A DNA stretch of 64,000 bases from Anaerolineae bacterium. GTDB lineage: Bacteria; Chloroflexota; Anaerolineae; Epilineales; JAHCIE01. The position numbers and the translations under genes are program-made. Shown piece after piece: positions 29,999 through 39,094 of the stretch (the stretch's first letter is position 1; each line of letters starts with the position of its first letter). Below the pieces are notes generated by a model. The model was not told the DNA's origin. It worked only from the letters and a program-made list of their open reading frames with translations, and did not search any database. The stretch spans positions 78,591 through 142,590 of the forward strand of contig DAOUDG010000084.1 in assembly GCA_034431435.1 (NCBI GenBank). The letters are read 5' to 3'.

Positions 29999-30098
29999 CG
30001 TGCCGCGATTATAGCACGGCGGGCCACGGCGGGCGAAGTTTGCCGCTGCCTACCGGACGTGCTATGATTCGGCGTGCGATTGGAGCAAGGAGTACCGT

Positions 30099-30731
30099 TT
30101 GCTGAACCTGACTTTGTCGGCGGTCATCGCCCGCGCCCTGGTCCTGTTGGTGGCCTTCCCGGCCCACGAGGGGGCGCATGCCGTCGTCGCTGACCGGCTG
30201 GGCGACCCTACGCCGCGCCGCATGGGCCGCATGACATGGAATCCCATCAAGCACCTGGACCTCGTTGGCTCGCTGTTGTTCCTGGTTTTTGGCTTTGGCT
30301 GGGCCTCCACGCCAGTCGACCCGTCGCGGCTGGGGCGGCGCAACATGTCTCTCGTGTCCATCGCTGGCCCCGTCGCCAACCTGCTCGTGGCTGTGCTGTT
30401 CGCCCTCCCTGCCCGCTACGTGCTGGCGTCGCCGACGCTACGCAACATGTTTGGCTACGGCGAGATCTTCCCCTCCCTGGGGACGATCATGTTCGATATG
30501 GTATATCTGAACTTGCTGCTCTTCCTGTTCAACCTGCTGCCCTTGCCGCCGCTAGACGGCTTCAGCATCCTGATGGGTATTGTCCCGTATTCGGTGGCGC
30601 AGCCGCTGGCGAAGGTGGGGCAATTCGGGCCGCTGCTGCTCTTTGGTATCATTCTCCTCGTGCCCGGCTTCCTGTCCTCGCTGCTGGGGCCGCTGTTGGA
30701 GTTCATGACACGTCTGTTATTGGGCCTATGA
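30099..30731 (+). CDS. Site-2 protease family (peptidase M50B) membrane zinc metalloprotease
   Basis: HEGAHAVVADRLGD (HExxH in a TM helix), NPIKHLDLVGSL (NPxxxLD), C-terminal LPLPPLDG motif. Confidence 0.75.
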   Translation: MLNLTLSAVIARALVLLVAFPAHEGAHAVVADRLGDPTPRRMGRMTWNPIKHLDLVGSLLFLVFGFGWASTPVDPSRLGRRNMSLVSIAGPVANLLVAVLFALPARYVLASPTLRNMFGYGEIFPSLGTIMFDMVYLNLLLFLFNLLPLPPLDGFSILMGIVPYSVAQPLAKVGQFGPLLLFGIILLVPGFLSSLLGPLLEFMTRLLLGL

Positions 30732-31270
30732 TCGCATCCCTGAGCGCGACGGTAGCCGTGCGCGTCGGTCAGGTGGGCCACGCGCTCGCCGCCCACTGGG
30801 CGCGTCCTGATGACCACCTTGCCGCCGTCCTCTCGCCTCGCGAGCGCGCGCTTTTCGACCGCCTACCGGCCGCCGACCGCGCCCATGCCCTGCGCGTGGC
30901 CGGCCGTCTGTACCGCGCCGGCTACGATGGCCGGCATGAGGAGACGCGCTCCCTGCTGCAAGCCGCGCTCCTGCACGACATCGGCAAAGCCGACCAGGGC
31001 GTGCGCCTGCCGCATCGCGTGGCCCACGTGGCGCTCAAGGCCATCGCGCCCGACTGGCACGCCCGGCTGGTGGCCGATCGGCGCGGCTGGCGGCGTCCCT
31101 TCTTTGCCCTGGCCCGCCACGCCGAGTTGGGCGCGGAGATGCTGACGAGCGTGGGCAGCGACCCACTGACCATCAGCCTGGTGCGCTACCACGACGATAC
31201 CCTGCCCGCTCCGCTGGGGCGCTACGATCACCTGCTGGCCGCGCTACGCCGCGCCGACGACGAAGGCTGA
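30728..31270 (+). CDS. HD-domain phosphohydrolase
   Basis: ATGA overlap with the preceding gene. ALLHDIGK and later RYHDD motifs. The longer six-frame ORF from 30236 overlaps the M50 gene in another frame and is rejected. Confidence 0.65.
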   Translation: MIASLSATVAVRVGQVGHALAAHWARPDDHLAAVLSPRERALFDRLPAADRAHALRVAGRLYRAGYDGRHEETRSLLQAALLHDIGKADQGVRLPHRVAHVALKAIAPDWHARLVADRRGWRRPFFALARHAELGAEMLTSVGSDPLTISLVRYHDDTLPAPLGRYDHLLAALRRADDEG

Positions 31271-31330
31271 GCCGCGCGCGGCGCGACAGCCCTGCATCCA
31301 GTCCGTTCCAACACAGCAACGGAGGCTCAC

Positions 31331-32302
31331 ATGGCAAGCCAACCTCGCATCACCATCATCGGCACTGGCTTCGTCGGCACATCGCTGGGGCTGGGGCTGG
31401 TCAAGGCCCGTAGCCAGGGCAGCACCTACGCGGTCATCGGCCACGACCGAGACGCCAACATCAGCGGCGCAGCCAAGAAACGCGGCGCTGTCGACCGCGT
31501 CGAGTGGAATCTGCCCGCCTCGGTCGAGGGCGCGGACATGGTGTTTCTCGCCACGCCCGTCGAGGCGATGGAGGCTATCTTCGAGATCATCGCGCCCGCG
31601 CTCAAGCCCGGCGTCATCGTGACGGACACCGGCGGTACGAAGGCTGAGGTGATGCAGTGGGCGGCGGCCAGGCTGCCTAACTCCGTCAACTTCATCGGTG
31701 GTGACCCACTGCTTGGCCGCGACGGCTGGCGAACCGACGAGGCCAGCGCCGACGTCTTCCACGACACGCTCTACTGCCTCACCCCCGCCGTCAACGCTGA
31801 CGCCGACGCCATCCGCATCCTGGCCGACTTCGTGTCGAGCCTCGGCGCGCAGCCCTACTTCCTCGACCCGTTGGAGCACGACGGCATCGTGGGCGGCGTG
31901 ACGCATTTGCCGTTCCTCATGTCATGGGCGCTAGTGCGCGCGCTGGCGAACAGCCCCAGCTGGACCGAGGCCCAAAAGTCGGTCGGAGTGAACACGATGA
32001 TGATGGCGTCCCTTGTCGGGGCTTCGCCGTCCTACTGGGTGGGACCGGCCTTGACCAACGCCGCCGCCCTGGGCCACTGGATCGACGCGGCGGTCCGCGA
32101 ATTGCAGGCCCTCAAGGGCGCGCTGGCCGCCGGCGACCCCGACGAGATTCGCGGCGGGTTGGACAAGGCCGGCGCAGACTACCTGAAACTGGTGGCCCGC
32201 GGCCGCGAGGAGCACAACCCGCTTGAGGACATAGGCAGGGACCGGATGCGCCAGATGTTCTTGGGTGGGCTGGGTGCGAAGCGCCGGGACAAGGGCAGTT
32301 GA
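31331..32302 (+). CDS. tyrA: Prephenate/arogenate dehydrogenase
   Basis: ITIIGTGFVGTSLGLGL Rossmann N-terminus. TyrA catalytic blocks (GGDPLLGRDG, HDGIVGGVTHLPF). Confidence 0.85.
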   Translation: MASQPRITIIGTGFVGTSLGLGLVKARSQGSTYAVIGHDRDANISGAAKKRGAVDRVEWNLPASVEGADMVFLATPVEAMEAIFEIIAPALKPGVIVTDTGGTKAEVMQWAAARLPNSVNFIGGDPLLGRDGWRTDEASADVFHDTLYCLTPAVNADADAIRILADFVSSLGAQPYFLDPLEHDGIVGGVTHLPFLMSWALVRALANSPSWTEAQKSVGVNTMMMASLVGASPSYWVGPALTNAAALGHWIDAAVRELQALKGALAAGDPDEIRGGLDKAGADYLKLVARGREEHNPLEDIGRDRMRQMFLGGLGAKRRDKGS

Positions 32303-32547
32303 TGCCCATCGTCTACATGGTCGAGTGCCGCGACGGCTCCCTGTACACGGGCTGGACGACGGACCTGGCGGCGCGCGTGGCGGCTCACAACAACGGTACG
32401 GGTGCGCGCTACACACGCTCGCGGCGTCCCGTGCGCCTGGTCTACTGGGAGGAGGCCCCCAACCGCTCGGCGGCGCTGCGCCGCGAGGCAGTCCTGCGCC
32501 GCCTGCCGCGCGCCACGAAGCTGGCTTTGGTGAAACGTGAGGCGTGA
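32299..32547 (+). CDS. GIY-YIG nuclease-superfamily small protein (UPF0213/YhbQ-like)
   Basis: 82 aa: VYMVECRDGSLYTGWTTDLAARVAAHNNG...RREAVLRRL. ATGA overlap with the tyrA stop. Confidence 0.8.
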   Translation: MMPIVYMVECRDGSLYTGWTTDLAARVAAHNNGTGARYTRSRRPVRLVYWEEAPNRSAALRREAVLRRLPRATKLALVKREA

Positions 32548-32622
32548 GACGTGATGCCCGTAACGTGAGGCGTGAGAACCCTCGATGTACTTCACGCTGC
32601 ATTCATCCCGTCTCACGCCCCA
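32534..32622. repeat. Direct repeat AACGTGAGGCGTGAGA (x2) plus inverted copy TCTCACGCC, forming a hairpin spanning the GIY-YIG stop codon
   Basis: 32534-32549 and 32562-32577 are direct copies; 32611-32619 is the reverse complement. Possible terminator or regulatory stem-loop. Confidence 0.4.
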
Positions 32623-32656
32623 CGCATTACGCCCCGCACGACGATAGTTAGCCTTT

Positions 32657-33964
32657 ATGACTCACTCCACCCCCGCCGAGCATGACTCGGCCCTGCATGT
32701 CCTGATGGTCGCCCCGACGAGCTTCTTTGCCGACTACGGCTGCCATGTTCGCATCCTGGAAGAGGCTCGCGTCCTCCAGGCCCTCGGCCATCGGGTGACC
32801 ATCGTGACCTATGCCCAGGGCCGCGACGTAGCCGACGTGACCCTGCGCCGCACTGCGCCGCTGCCCTGGCACGCCGACTACGAGGTCGGCTCCTCGCGGC
32901 ACAAGTTCGCCTTCGACGCCTACCTCGCGCCCCTTGTCCTCCGCGTCGCCCGCTCATTGCGCCCCCACGTGGTTCACGGCCACCTGCACGAGGGCGCGCT
33001 GCTCGGCTGGCCCGCCGCGCGAATGCTGGGCGTACCCCTCATCTTCGACTACCAGGGGTCCATGACCGGCGAGATGCTCGACCACGGCTTCATCCAGCCC
33101 ACTGGCGCGGCGTATCGGCTGGCGCGCTGGGGCGAGGATCGTATCAACCGCCTGGCCGACGCCGTCATCACCAGCTCGACGCGCGCCGCCGATCAGTACA
33201 TGGCCGCGACGCCCGGGCGCGGGGCGCGGGCCGTGCCCGATGTGGTCAATCCCCACGTCTTCCACCCAGCAACCCTCACAGCCGACGAGCGGCGAGCACA
33301 GCGGGCGACGCTCGGCATCCCGCCAGACGCGGAGGTCGTCGTATACCTGGGTCTGCTTGCCCCGTACCAGGGCACCGACCACCTGCTACGCGCGGCAGCG
33401 CGGGTGTGCGCCACCCGGCCCGCCGCCCACTTCCTCGTCATGGGCTACCCGAATGTGGAACGCTACCGCGACCTGGCCGACCGTCTGGGCCTGGCGGGCC
33501 GCGTCACTTTCACAGGGCGCGTGCCCTACGAGGATGCGCCGCGCCGCCTCGCGCTGGGTGACGTGGCCGTGGCCCCCAAGCTGTCGAGTACCGAGGGCGC
33601 GGGCAAGCTGCTCAACTACATGGCGATGGGTCTGCCGACGGTCGCCTTCGACACCGAGGTGAGCCGTGAATATATGGGCGCTGCCGGGCTGTACGCCGTC
33701 CCCGGCGATGACGATGACCTGGCTGACCGCGTTGCCGCCATCCTGAGCGACCCCGACCGCGCTGTCGTGGGCCGTCGCCTCCGTGCCCACGTCACGCGCG
33801 CCTTCCCGTGGCAGGGGATGGGACAGGCCCTGCTGGATGTCTACGAGGAGGCGCGCGCGCGCCCCACGGGTTACCGCCCCGCGCCTGCGCCCGCTGCGGA
33901 GCTGCGCCCCGCGCGAGAGGAGCCGTCTTCCCCCGCCGTTTCGGCGGCCGGGAAGCGAGGATAG
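32657..33964 (+). CDS. GT4 family (group 1) glycosyltransferase
   Basis: GT-B N-terminus (VLMVAPTSFFADYGCHVR) and C-terminal EX7E-like region (GLPTVAFDTEVSREY). Confidence 0.85.
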   Translation: MTHSTPAEHDSALHVLMVAPTSFFADYGCHVRILEEARVLQALGHRVTIVTYAQGRDVADVTLRRTAPLPWHADYEVGSSRHKFAFDAYLAPLVLRVARSLRPHVVHGHLHEGALLGWPAARMLGVPLIFDYQGSMTGEMLDHGFIQPTGAAYRLARWGEDRINRLADAVITSSTRAADQYMAATPGRGARAVPDVVNPHVFHPATLTADERRAQRATLGIPPDAEVVVYLGLLAPYQGTDHLLRAAARVCATRPAAHFLVMGYPNVERYRDLADRLGLAGRVTFTGRVPYEDAPRRLALGDVAVAPKLSSTEGAGKLLNYMAMGLPTVAFDTEVSREYMGAAGLYAVPGDDDDLADRVAAILSDPDRAVVGRRLRAHVTRAFPWQGMGQALLDVYEEARARPTGYRPAPAPAAELRPAREEPSSPAVSAAGKRG

Positions 33965-33967
33965 AGC

Positions 33968-34807
33968 ATGACGGTCATGGTCAACCGCCGCCAGCAACGC
34001 CTGTCGGCGCGGCTGGCGGAGCTATGGCGCTATCGCGACCTGGTACGCAACCTGGCGTTGCGCGACCTCAAGGCGCGCTACAAAAGCTCGGTGCTGGGCT
34101 TTGTCTGGTCGCTGCTGAACCCGCTGCTGATGACGGTGGTCTTCACCATCGTCTTCACGGTCATGCTGCCTAGCAACATCGAGAAGTACCCGGTATTCAT
34201 CCTGGTGGGTCTGCTGCCGTGGAACTGGTTCTCTAGCTCCCTGTTCGGCTCTGTCCAGAGCATTGTCGGCAATGCCAATCTCGTGAAGAAGGTCTACTTC
34301 CCGCGCGAGGCGTTACCCACCGCCGTGGTCGTCGCCAATGGCGTCAATTTCCTGCTGGCGGGGATTGTCCTGTTCGCCCTGATTCTGATCTATCGTATTC
34401 CCATCACCGCCTGGGTGTTCTTCTTACCCGTCCTGGTTGTCATCCAGTTCGTGCTTACGCTGGGCCTCGGCCTGTTCGTGGCCGCCCTCAACGTGCGCTT
34501 TCGCGACACGGCTGTTATTCTGGAAGTCGTTCTCCAGGCCTGGTTCTTCCTCACCCCGGTTGTCTACGATATGCGGGTGCTGCCCGAGGCCAAGAACATC
34601 ATGGGTATGGACGTGGAAATACGCCGCTGGGCCTATATCCTCAATCCCATTGGGTCGCTCATCGCCAGCTACCGCGACATCCTATACTGGACGACACCAC
34701 CCGGCCTCGATTTCGTTGCCCGCACCGCCGTCGAATCGGCTATCATTCTGGTCGTCGGCTACCTGTTCTTCAACCGGCTGGCCCCCACCTTTGGCGAGGA
34801 TGTCTGA
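33968..34807 (+). CDS. wzm: ABC-2 type polysaccharide/O-antigen export permease (Wzm/KpsM/TagG-like)
   Basis: 279 aa, 6 TM, ABC-2 signature region (YKSSVLGFVWSLLNPLLMTVVF). Confidence 0.9.
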   Translation: MTVMVNRRQQRLSARLAELWRYRDLVRNLALRDLKARYKSSVLGFVWSLLNPLLMTVVFTIVFTVMLPSNIEKYPVFILVGLLPWNWFSSSLFGSVQSIVGNANLVKKVYFPREALPTAVVVANGVNFLLAGIVLFALILIYRIPITAWVFFLPVLVVIQFVLTLGLGLFVAALNVRFRDTAVILEVVLQAWFFLTPVVYDMRVLPEAKNIMGMDVEIRRWAYILNPIGSLIASYRDILYWTTPPGLDFVARTAVESAIILVVGYLFFNRLAPTFGEDV

Positions 34808-36177
34808 TGGCGGACCAGGCGACGCAGAACGGCGCGCTGGAACGGGAGGTCGCGGTCGAGTTCGACCATGTCTCCAAGCGGTTCACCCTGTACCACGACC
34901 GGCCGCGCTCGTTCCAGGAGTGGATGGTCGGCATGTTCCGCCGCGCCGAGCGCCACGAGGAGATGTGGGCGCTGCGCGATGTGAGCTTCCGTATCGGGCG
35001 CGGCGAGGTGGTGGCCTTCATCGGCTCCAACGGCGCGGGCAAGAGCAGCCTGTTGAAGCTGGTCAGCGGCATTCTCGCCCCGACCGAAGGCGCGGTTCGC
35101 GTCAACGGGCGCATCTCTGGCTTGTTGGAGTTGGGCGCGGGCTTTCACCCCGACCTGACGGGGCGTGAGAACGTGTACCTGAACGGCTCCATTCTCGGCC
35201 TCGACCGCCGCGAGGTGGATCGCCTCTTCCCGGCCATCGTTCGCTTCGCCGAGATGGAAGCCTTCATCGACATGCCTGTCAAGCACTACTCGTCGGGCAT
35301 GTACATGCGGCTGGGGTTCGCCGTCGCTATCCACTCCAAGCCGGATATCCTGCTGGTGGACGAGGTGCTGGCGGTAGGCGATGCCGCCTTCCAGGCCAAG
35401 TGTCTCAATCGCATCCTCGACCTCAAGAAGCGCGGCGCGACCATCCTGTTCGTCAGCCACGATCTAGACTCGGTCCGTAAGTTGTGTAACCGCGCCATAT
35501 GGATCGACCGCAGCCGGGTGCGCGCCGAAGGCCCGCCCGCGCAGGTCATCGCCGCCTACCTGGACAAGGTGGCCGCGCAGCAACTTGCTGACCGCGCCGA
35601 GGAGGACGCCGCCGAGGCGGTTGCGGCCGCGCCTGCTGCGGACAACCGGGCGGCGGACACGGTCACCCCCAATCCCCCGTCCCCAACCCCAAGCCCCTCC
35701 TCCGGCGCGCGCTGGGGGACGCGCCAGGTAGAGATCACCGCGGTCGAGTGCCTGGGCGCAGACGGCCAGCCGTCCGATGCCTTCGACACCGACGCGCCGT
35801 TCTGCGTGCGGATTCACTACGACGCCCATCAGCCCATCGAGCATCCCATGTTCGGCATCGCCATCCACCACGAGGAAGGCGCGCACGTGTCGGGGCCGAA
35901 CACCGTCTACGCGGGCTTCGACATCCCGCGCATCCACGGCGTTGGCTACGTCGACTACGCGGTGGACGCCTTGCCCCTGCTGGCGGGCCAGTACACACTG
36001 ACGGCGGCCATCTACGACCACTGGGAGACGGGCGCGTACGATCACCACGACCAGATGTACCGCTTCCGTGTCCGACCCGGCCATGCGGAGCGCTATGGCC
36101 TTGTCACCCTCAACGGGCGCTGGAGCGCGACCGTGGCCGAGGTGTCGACGCTATCCCTGGCCGAGGATGCGCCATGA
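34807..36177 (+). CDS. wzt: Polysaccharide/O-antigen ABC transporter ATP-binding protein with C-terminal glycan-binding domain (Wzt-like)
   Basis: Walker A GSNGAGKSSL, LSGGQ-like YSSGMYMRL, Walker B ILLVDE. About 160-aa beta-rich C-terminal extension (RQVEITAVECLGADGQ...YRFRVRP) like the O-PS terminal-residue-binding domain of E. coli O9a Wzt. Confidence 0.9.
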   Translation: MADQATQNGALEREVAVEFDHVSKRFTLYHDRPRSFQEWMVGMFRRAERHEEMWALRDVSFRIGRGEVVAFIGSNGAGKSSLLKLVSGILAPTEGAVRVNGRISGLLELGAGFHPDLTGRENVYLNGSILGLDRREVDRLFPAIVRFAEMEAFIDMPVKHYSSGMYMRLGFAVAIHSKPDILLVDEVLAVGDAAFQAKCLNRILDLKKRGATILFVSHDLDSVRKLCNRAIWIDRSRVRAEGPPAQVIAAYLDKVAAQQLADRAEEDAAEAVAAAPAADNRAADTVTPNPPSPTPSPSSGARWGTRQVEITAVECLGADGQPSDAFDTDAPFCVRIHYDAHQPIEHPMFGIAIHHEEGAHVSGPNTVYAGFDIPRIHGVGYVDYAVDALPLLAGQYTLTAAIYDHWETGAYDHHDQMYRFRVRPGHAERYGLVTLNGRWSATVAEVSTLSLAEDAP

Positions 36178-36767
36178 GCAGTCGCCCGACCGACGTGATC
36201 GAGATTCGGGACACAGCCGTCGATGTCGAGGCCTTGATGACGCTGATTCGCGACCGCGCCGCCCAACGGCGCGCCGGAGTCGATACCTCCCTGGACCTCG
36301 ACGCCACGACGCGCTCGGTGTTCGCGGCAGCGGGGGTCGCGCCAGCCGCCGACATCGACACCCGCCAGGCAATCCCGCTGCCCGCGACCCCGCCCCCCGG
36401 CCAGGAGACCCTGCCTGCCCTGCGGGACCTCAATGCCCAGTGGATGATTCGCGAGCAGCCCTTCACATCCAACGCCCCCCTGATTGGGCCGCTCATCGTC
36501 AGGGTGCGGGATGCCTGGAATTGGATGTCGACCAAGTGGTACGTGCGGCCCCTGCTCCAACAAATCACAGCCTTCAACCTGTCTGTCGTCCGCGCCTTCC
36601 GCGATGTCGAGGCGGAGCAGGGTCGCGTTGCCGACCGCATCCGCGATCTGGAAGCCCTGACGCGGCAACAGGCCGCCGAGATTGAGGCTCTACGCCACGA
36701 CGTGCAGCGCCTGCGCGCCGAGGGCCGCGCCGACGCGGGGCCAGAGGACCCCTACGCGCGCTCATGA
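36174..36767 (+). CDS. Hypothetical protein with conserved 'WNWMSTKWYVRPLLQQ' motif + C-terminal coiled coil (copy 1 of 3)
   Basis: ATGA overlap with the wzt stop. 197 aa. Motif EQPFTSNAPLIGPLIVRVRDAWNWMSTKWYVRPLLQQITAFN, then a heptad-like region (RIRDLEALTRQQAAEIEALRHDVQRLRAEG). Confidence 0.6.
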   Translation: MSSRPTDVIEIRDTAVDVEALMTLIRDRAAQRRAGVDTSLDLDATTRSVFAAAGVAPAADIDTRQAIPLPATPPPGQETLPALRDLNAQWMIREQPFTSNAPLIGPLIVRVRDAWNWMSTKWYVRPLLQQITAFNLSVVRAFRDVEAEQGRVADRIRDLEALTRQQAAEIEALRHDVQRLRAEGRADAGPEDPYARS

Positions 36768-37852
36768 CGACGGTGCATCAGCTGGCATCGTCGTTTGCGT
36801 ATGGGGACGCCATCACGAACCACATCCTCGCCCTGGATGCCGCGCTCCGCGACTGGGGCTACACGAGCCGCATCTATGCCGAGCGGGTAGAGTCGCGGTT
36901 GCACTCGCTGGCCCAGCCTGACTCGGCCTACCTGCCCGCCATCGAGCGACCCGACGACATCCTCATCTATCACTACTCGGCCTACTCGCCCAACACGCAA
37001 CTCTACCAGCGGTCCCGCAACCGGCGATTGTTGGTCTATCACAACATCACCCCGGCCGAGTACCTCGCCGCCTACGATGCCGACCTGGCGGCGGTCTGCC
37101 GCCTGGGGCGCGACGCATTGCCGCAACTGTGCGACGCCGACCTCGCCGTGGGAGTCTCCGACACCAACCGCCGCGAGCTACTGGCCGCCGGCTTCGACCC
37201 CCGGCGCGTCGCCGTCCTGCCCATCATTCTCAACCTGGCGACCTGGGACGCTACGCCGCCCAATGCGCGCCTCGCCGAGCGGCTATCGGACGGGCGGGTC
37301 AATATTCTCTTTGTGGGTCGTGTCGTGCCCAACAAGGCCTTCGAGGATGTGATCGCGATTTTCGCCGCCTATCGCCGCGCCATCCAGCCCCACGCGCGGC
37401 TGTCCCTGGTGGGAGCGCGCCTCCTGCCACGCTACAGCGCGGTCCTCGACCGGCTGGTAGAACGGCTAGGGCTGAGCGACGCCGTGACCTTCACTGACCG
37501 CGTCTCCCTCGCCGACCTGAGAGCCTACTACGACACGGCCCACGTCTTTCTGTCGGCGAGCCGCCACGAGGGCTTTTGCGTGCCCCTCCTGGAGAGCATG
37601 TACTTCGGTGTGCCCATCCTGGCCTACGCGGCGGCCGCCGTGCCCGAGACCCTGGGCGCGTCGGGGGTCGTGTATCACGCCTTCGACTACCCCGTGCTGG
37701 CCGAGACACTGCATCTCCTGGCGACCGACGGCCCGACGCGGGCCAGGCTCATCGCCGGGCAGCGGGCGCGGCTGGCCGACTTCGCCCCGCCGCTCGTCGC
37801 AGGCCAATGGCGTGTCGCGCTTGAGCAGGTGGCCGCCCCTGGCGCGCACTAG
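36764..37852 (+). CDS. GT4 family glycosyltransferase
   Basis: ATGA overlap with the previous stop. GT-B fold blocks (NILFVGRVVPNKAFEDVI; EGFCVPLLESMYFGVPILAYAAAAVPETLG). Confidence 0.85.
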   Translation: MTTVHQLASSFAYGDAITNHILALDAALRDWGYTSRIYAERVESRLHSLAQPDSAYLPAIERPDDILIYHYSAYSPNTQLYQRSRNRRLLVYHNITPAEYLAAYDADLAAVCRLGRDALPQLCDADLAVGVSDTNRRELLAAGFDPRRVAVLPIILNLATWDATPPNARLAERLSDGRVNILFVGRVVPNKAFEDVIAIFAAYRRAIQPHARLSLVGARLLPRYSAVLDRLVERLGLSDAVTFTDRVSLADLRAYYDTAHVFLSASRHEGFCVPLLESMYFGVPILAYAAAAVPETLGASGVVYHAFDYPVLAETLHLLATDGPTRARLIAGQRARLADFAPPLVAGQWRVALEQVAAPGAH

Positions 37853-37899
37853 CCATGCTTTTGCTTGGCGAACGGCGAACCTCGCGGTACAATACTCGC

Positions 37900-39078
37900 A
37901 TGCGTGTCTCCATCGTCGTACAGCGATACGGGCCGGACGTCCTGGGGGGAGCCGAGCGCCACGCGCGCCAGGTAGCCGAGCGGCTGGCCGAGCATTATGA
38001 GGTCCAGGCGTTGACGACCTGCGCCCACGACTACGCCACGTGGGCCAACGCCTATCCGCCGGGCGAGAGTGTGATCAACGGGGTGCGGGTGCTGCGCTTC
38101 CCGACCCTCCAGCCCCGCGCCACCAATCTGCCCCAGCTTTGGGACCGCGTTCACCTGCGCGTTCACACGTTGGCCGATGAGATGACGTGGCTGCGCGCCC
38201 AGGGTCCCTACGCGCCGGGGCTGCTGGATTACCTGCGTCAGCAGCGCGACGAGAGCGACGTCTTCATCTTCTTTACCTACCTGTACTACCCGACGGCGAT
38301 GGGCCTGCGCCTCGTCGCCGACAAGTCCATCCTCGTCCCCACCGCCCACGACGAGGACCCCATCTACCTCAACCTCTTCCGCGACGTGTTCCATTCACCG
38401 CGCGCCATCCTCTACAACACCGAGGAGGAGCGGCGCTTCGTCGAGCGCCACTTCGACAACGGCTATGTGCCCAACGCGGTGGTCGGTGTGGGCATCGACC
38501 TGCCGGACGCGCCGCAGCCCGAACGCTTCCGCGCCCGCTTCGGCCTGGACAGGCCCTATTTCCTGTACCTGGGGCGCATCGTGCCCGACAAAGGCTGCGC
38601 TGAGATGCTCGACTATTTCGACGCCTACCGTCGCGCCTTCCCCGACGAGGCGATTCTGACCCTGGTCGGCGCCGGCGAGATGCCGCTACCCAGCGCGCCC
38701 TGGCTGGTCCCGACCGGCTTCATCCACGACGAAGACAAGGTGGACGCCATCGCCGGCGCCGAGGCGGTCATCGTGCCCTCGCGCTACGAGAGCATGTCGC
38801 TAACCACCCTGGAAGCATGGAGCCTGGGGCGGCCTGTCGTCTGCACCGCCCACTCGCCGGTGGTGCGTGGGCTGGTGCGTCGCGCCGGGGGCGGCCTGTA
38901 CTACGGCGACAGCGACGAGTTCGTCGAGGCGTTGCACCTGTTAGTGTCGGACCGGGACACGGCAGATGGGTTGGGCCGCCAGGGCCGTAGCTTCACTCGC
39001 GCCACCTATCGCTGGCCGGAGGTAATCGCCACCTATCAGCAGTTCATTGAGGACATCGCCGCCCAGCCCTGGCGCTGA
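37900..39078 (+). CDS. GT4 family glycosyltransferase
   Basis: N-terminus MRVSIVVQRYGPDVLGGAERHARQ parallels MRILHIIQRYWPAVGGAERHLHE of the 42051 gene. C-terminal E..E GT4 block (YESMSLTTLEAWSLGRPVV). ORF-track start 37855 rejected in favour of the ATG at 37900. Confidence 0.85.
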   Translation: MRVSIVVQRYGPDVLGGAERHARQVAERLAEHYEVQALTTCAHDYATWANAYPPGESVINGVRVLRFPTLQPRATNLPQLWDRVHLRVHTLADEMTWLRAQGPYAPGLLDYLRQQRDESDVFIFFTYLYYPTAMGLRLVADKSILVPTAHDEDPIYLNLFRDVFHSPRAILYNTEEERRFVERHFDNGYVPNAVVGVGIDLPDAPQPERFRARFGLDRPYFLYLGRIVPDKGCAEMLDYFDAYRRAFPDEAILTLVGAGEMPLPSAPWLVPTGFIHDEDKVDAIAGAEAVIVPSRYESMSLTTLEAWSLGRPVVCTAHSPVVRGLVRRAGGGLYYGDSDEFVEALHLLVSDRDTADGLGRQGRSFTRATYRWPEVIATYQQFIEDIAAQPWR

Positions 39079-39094
39079 CGCGACGCACCCACCG

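Noticed and set aside
30236-30727. Upstream part of the 344-aa ORF 30236-31270
   Set aside because: It overlaps the M50 protease gene in a different frame. The HD-domain protein begins at the ATGA-coupled ATG at 30728.
35748-36173. Upstream part of the 339-aa ORF 35748-36767
   Set aside because: It overlaps the wzt C-terminal domain in another frame (R/P-rich). The conserved-motif protein starts at the ATGA-coupled ATG at 36174.
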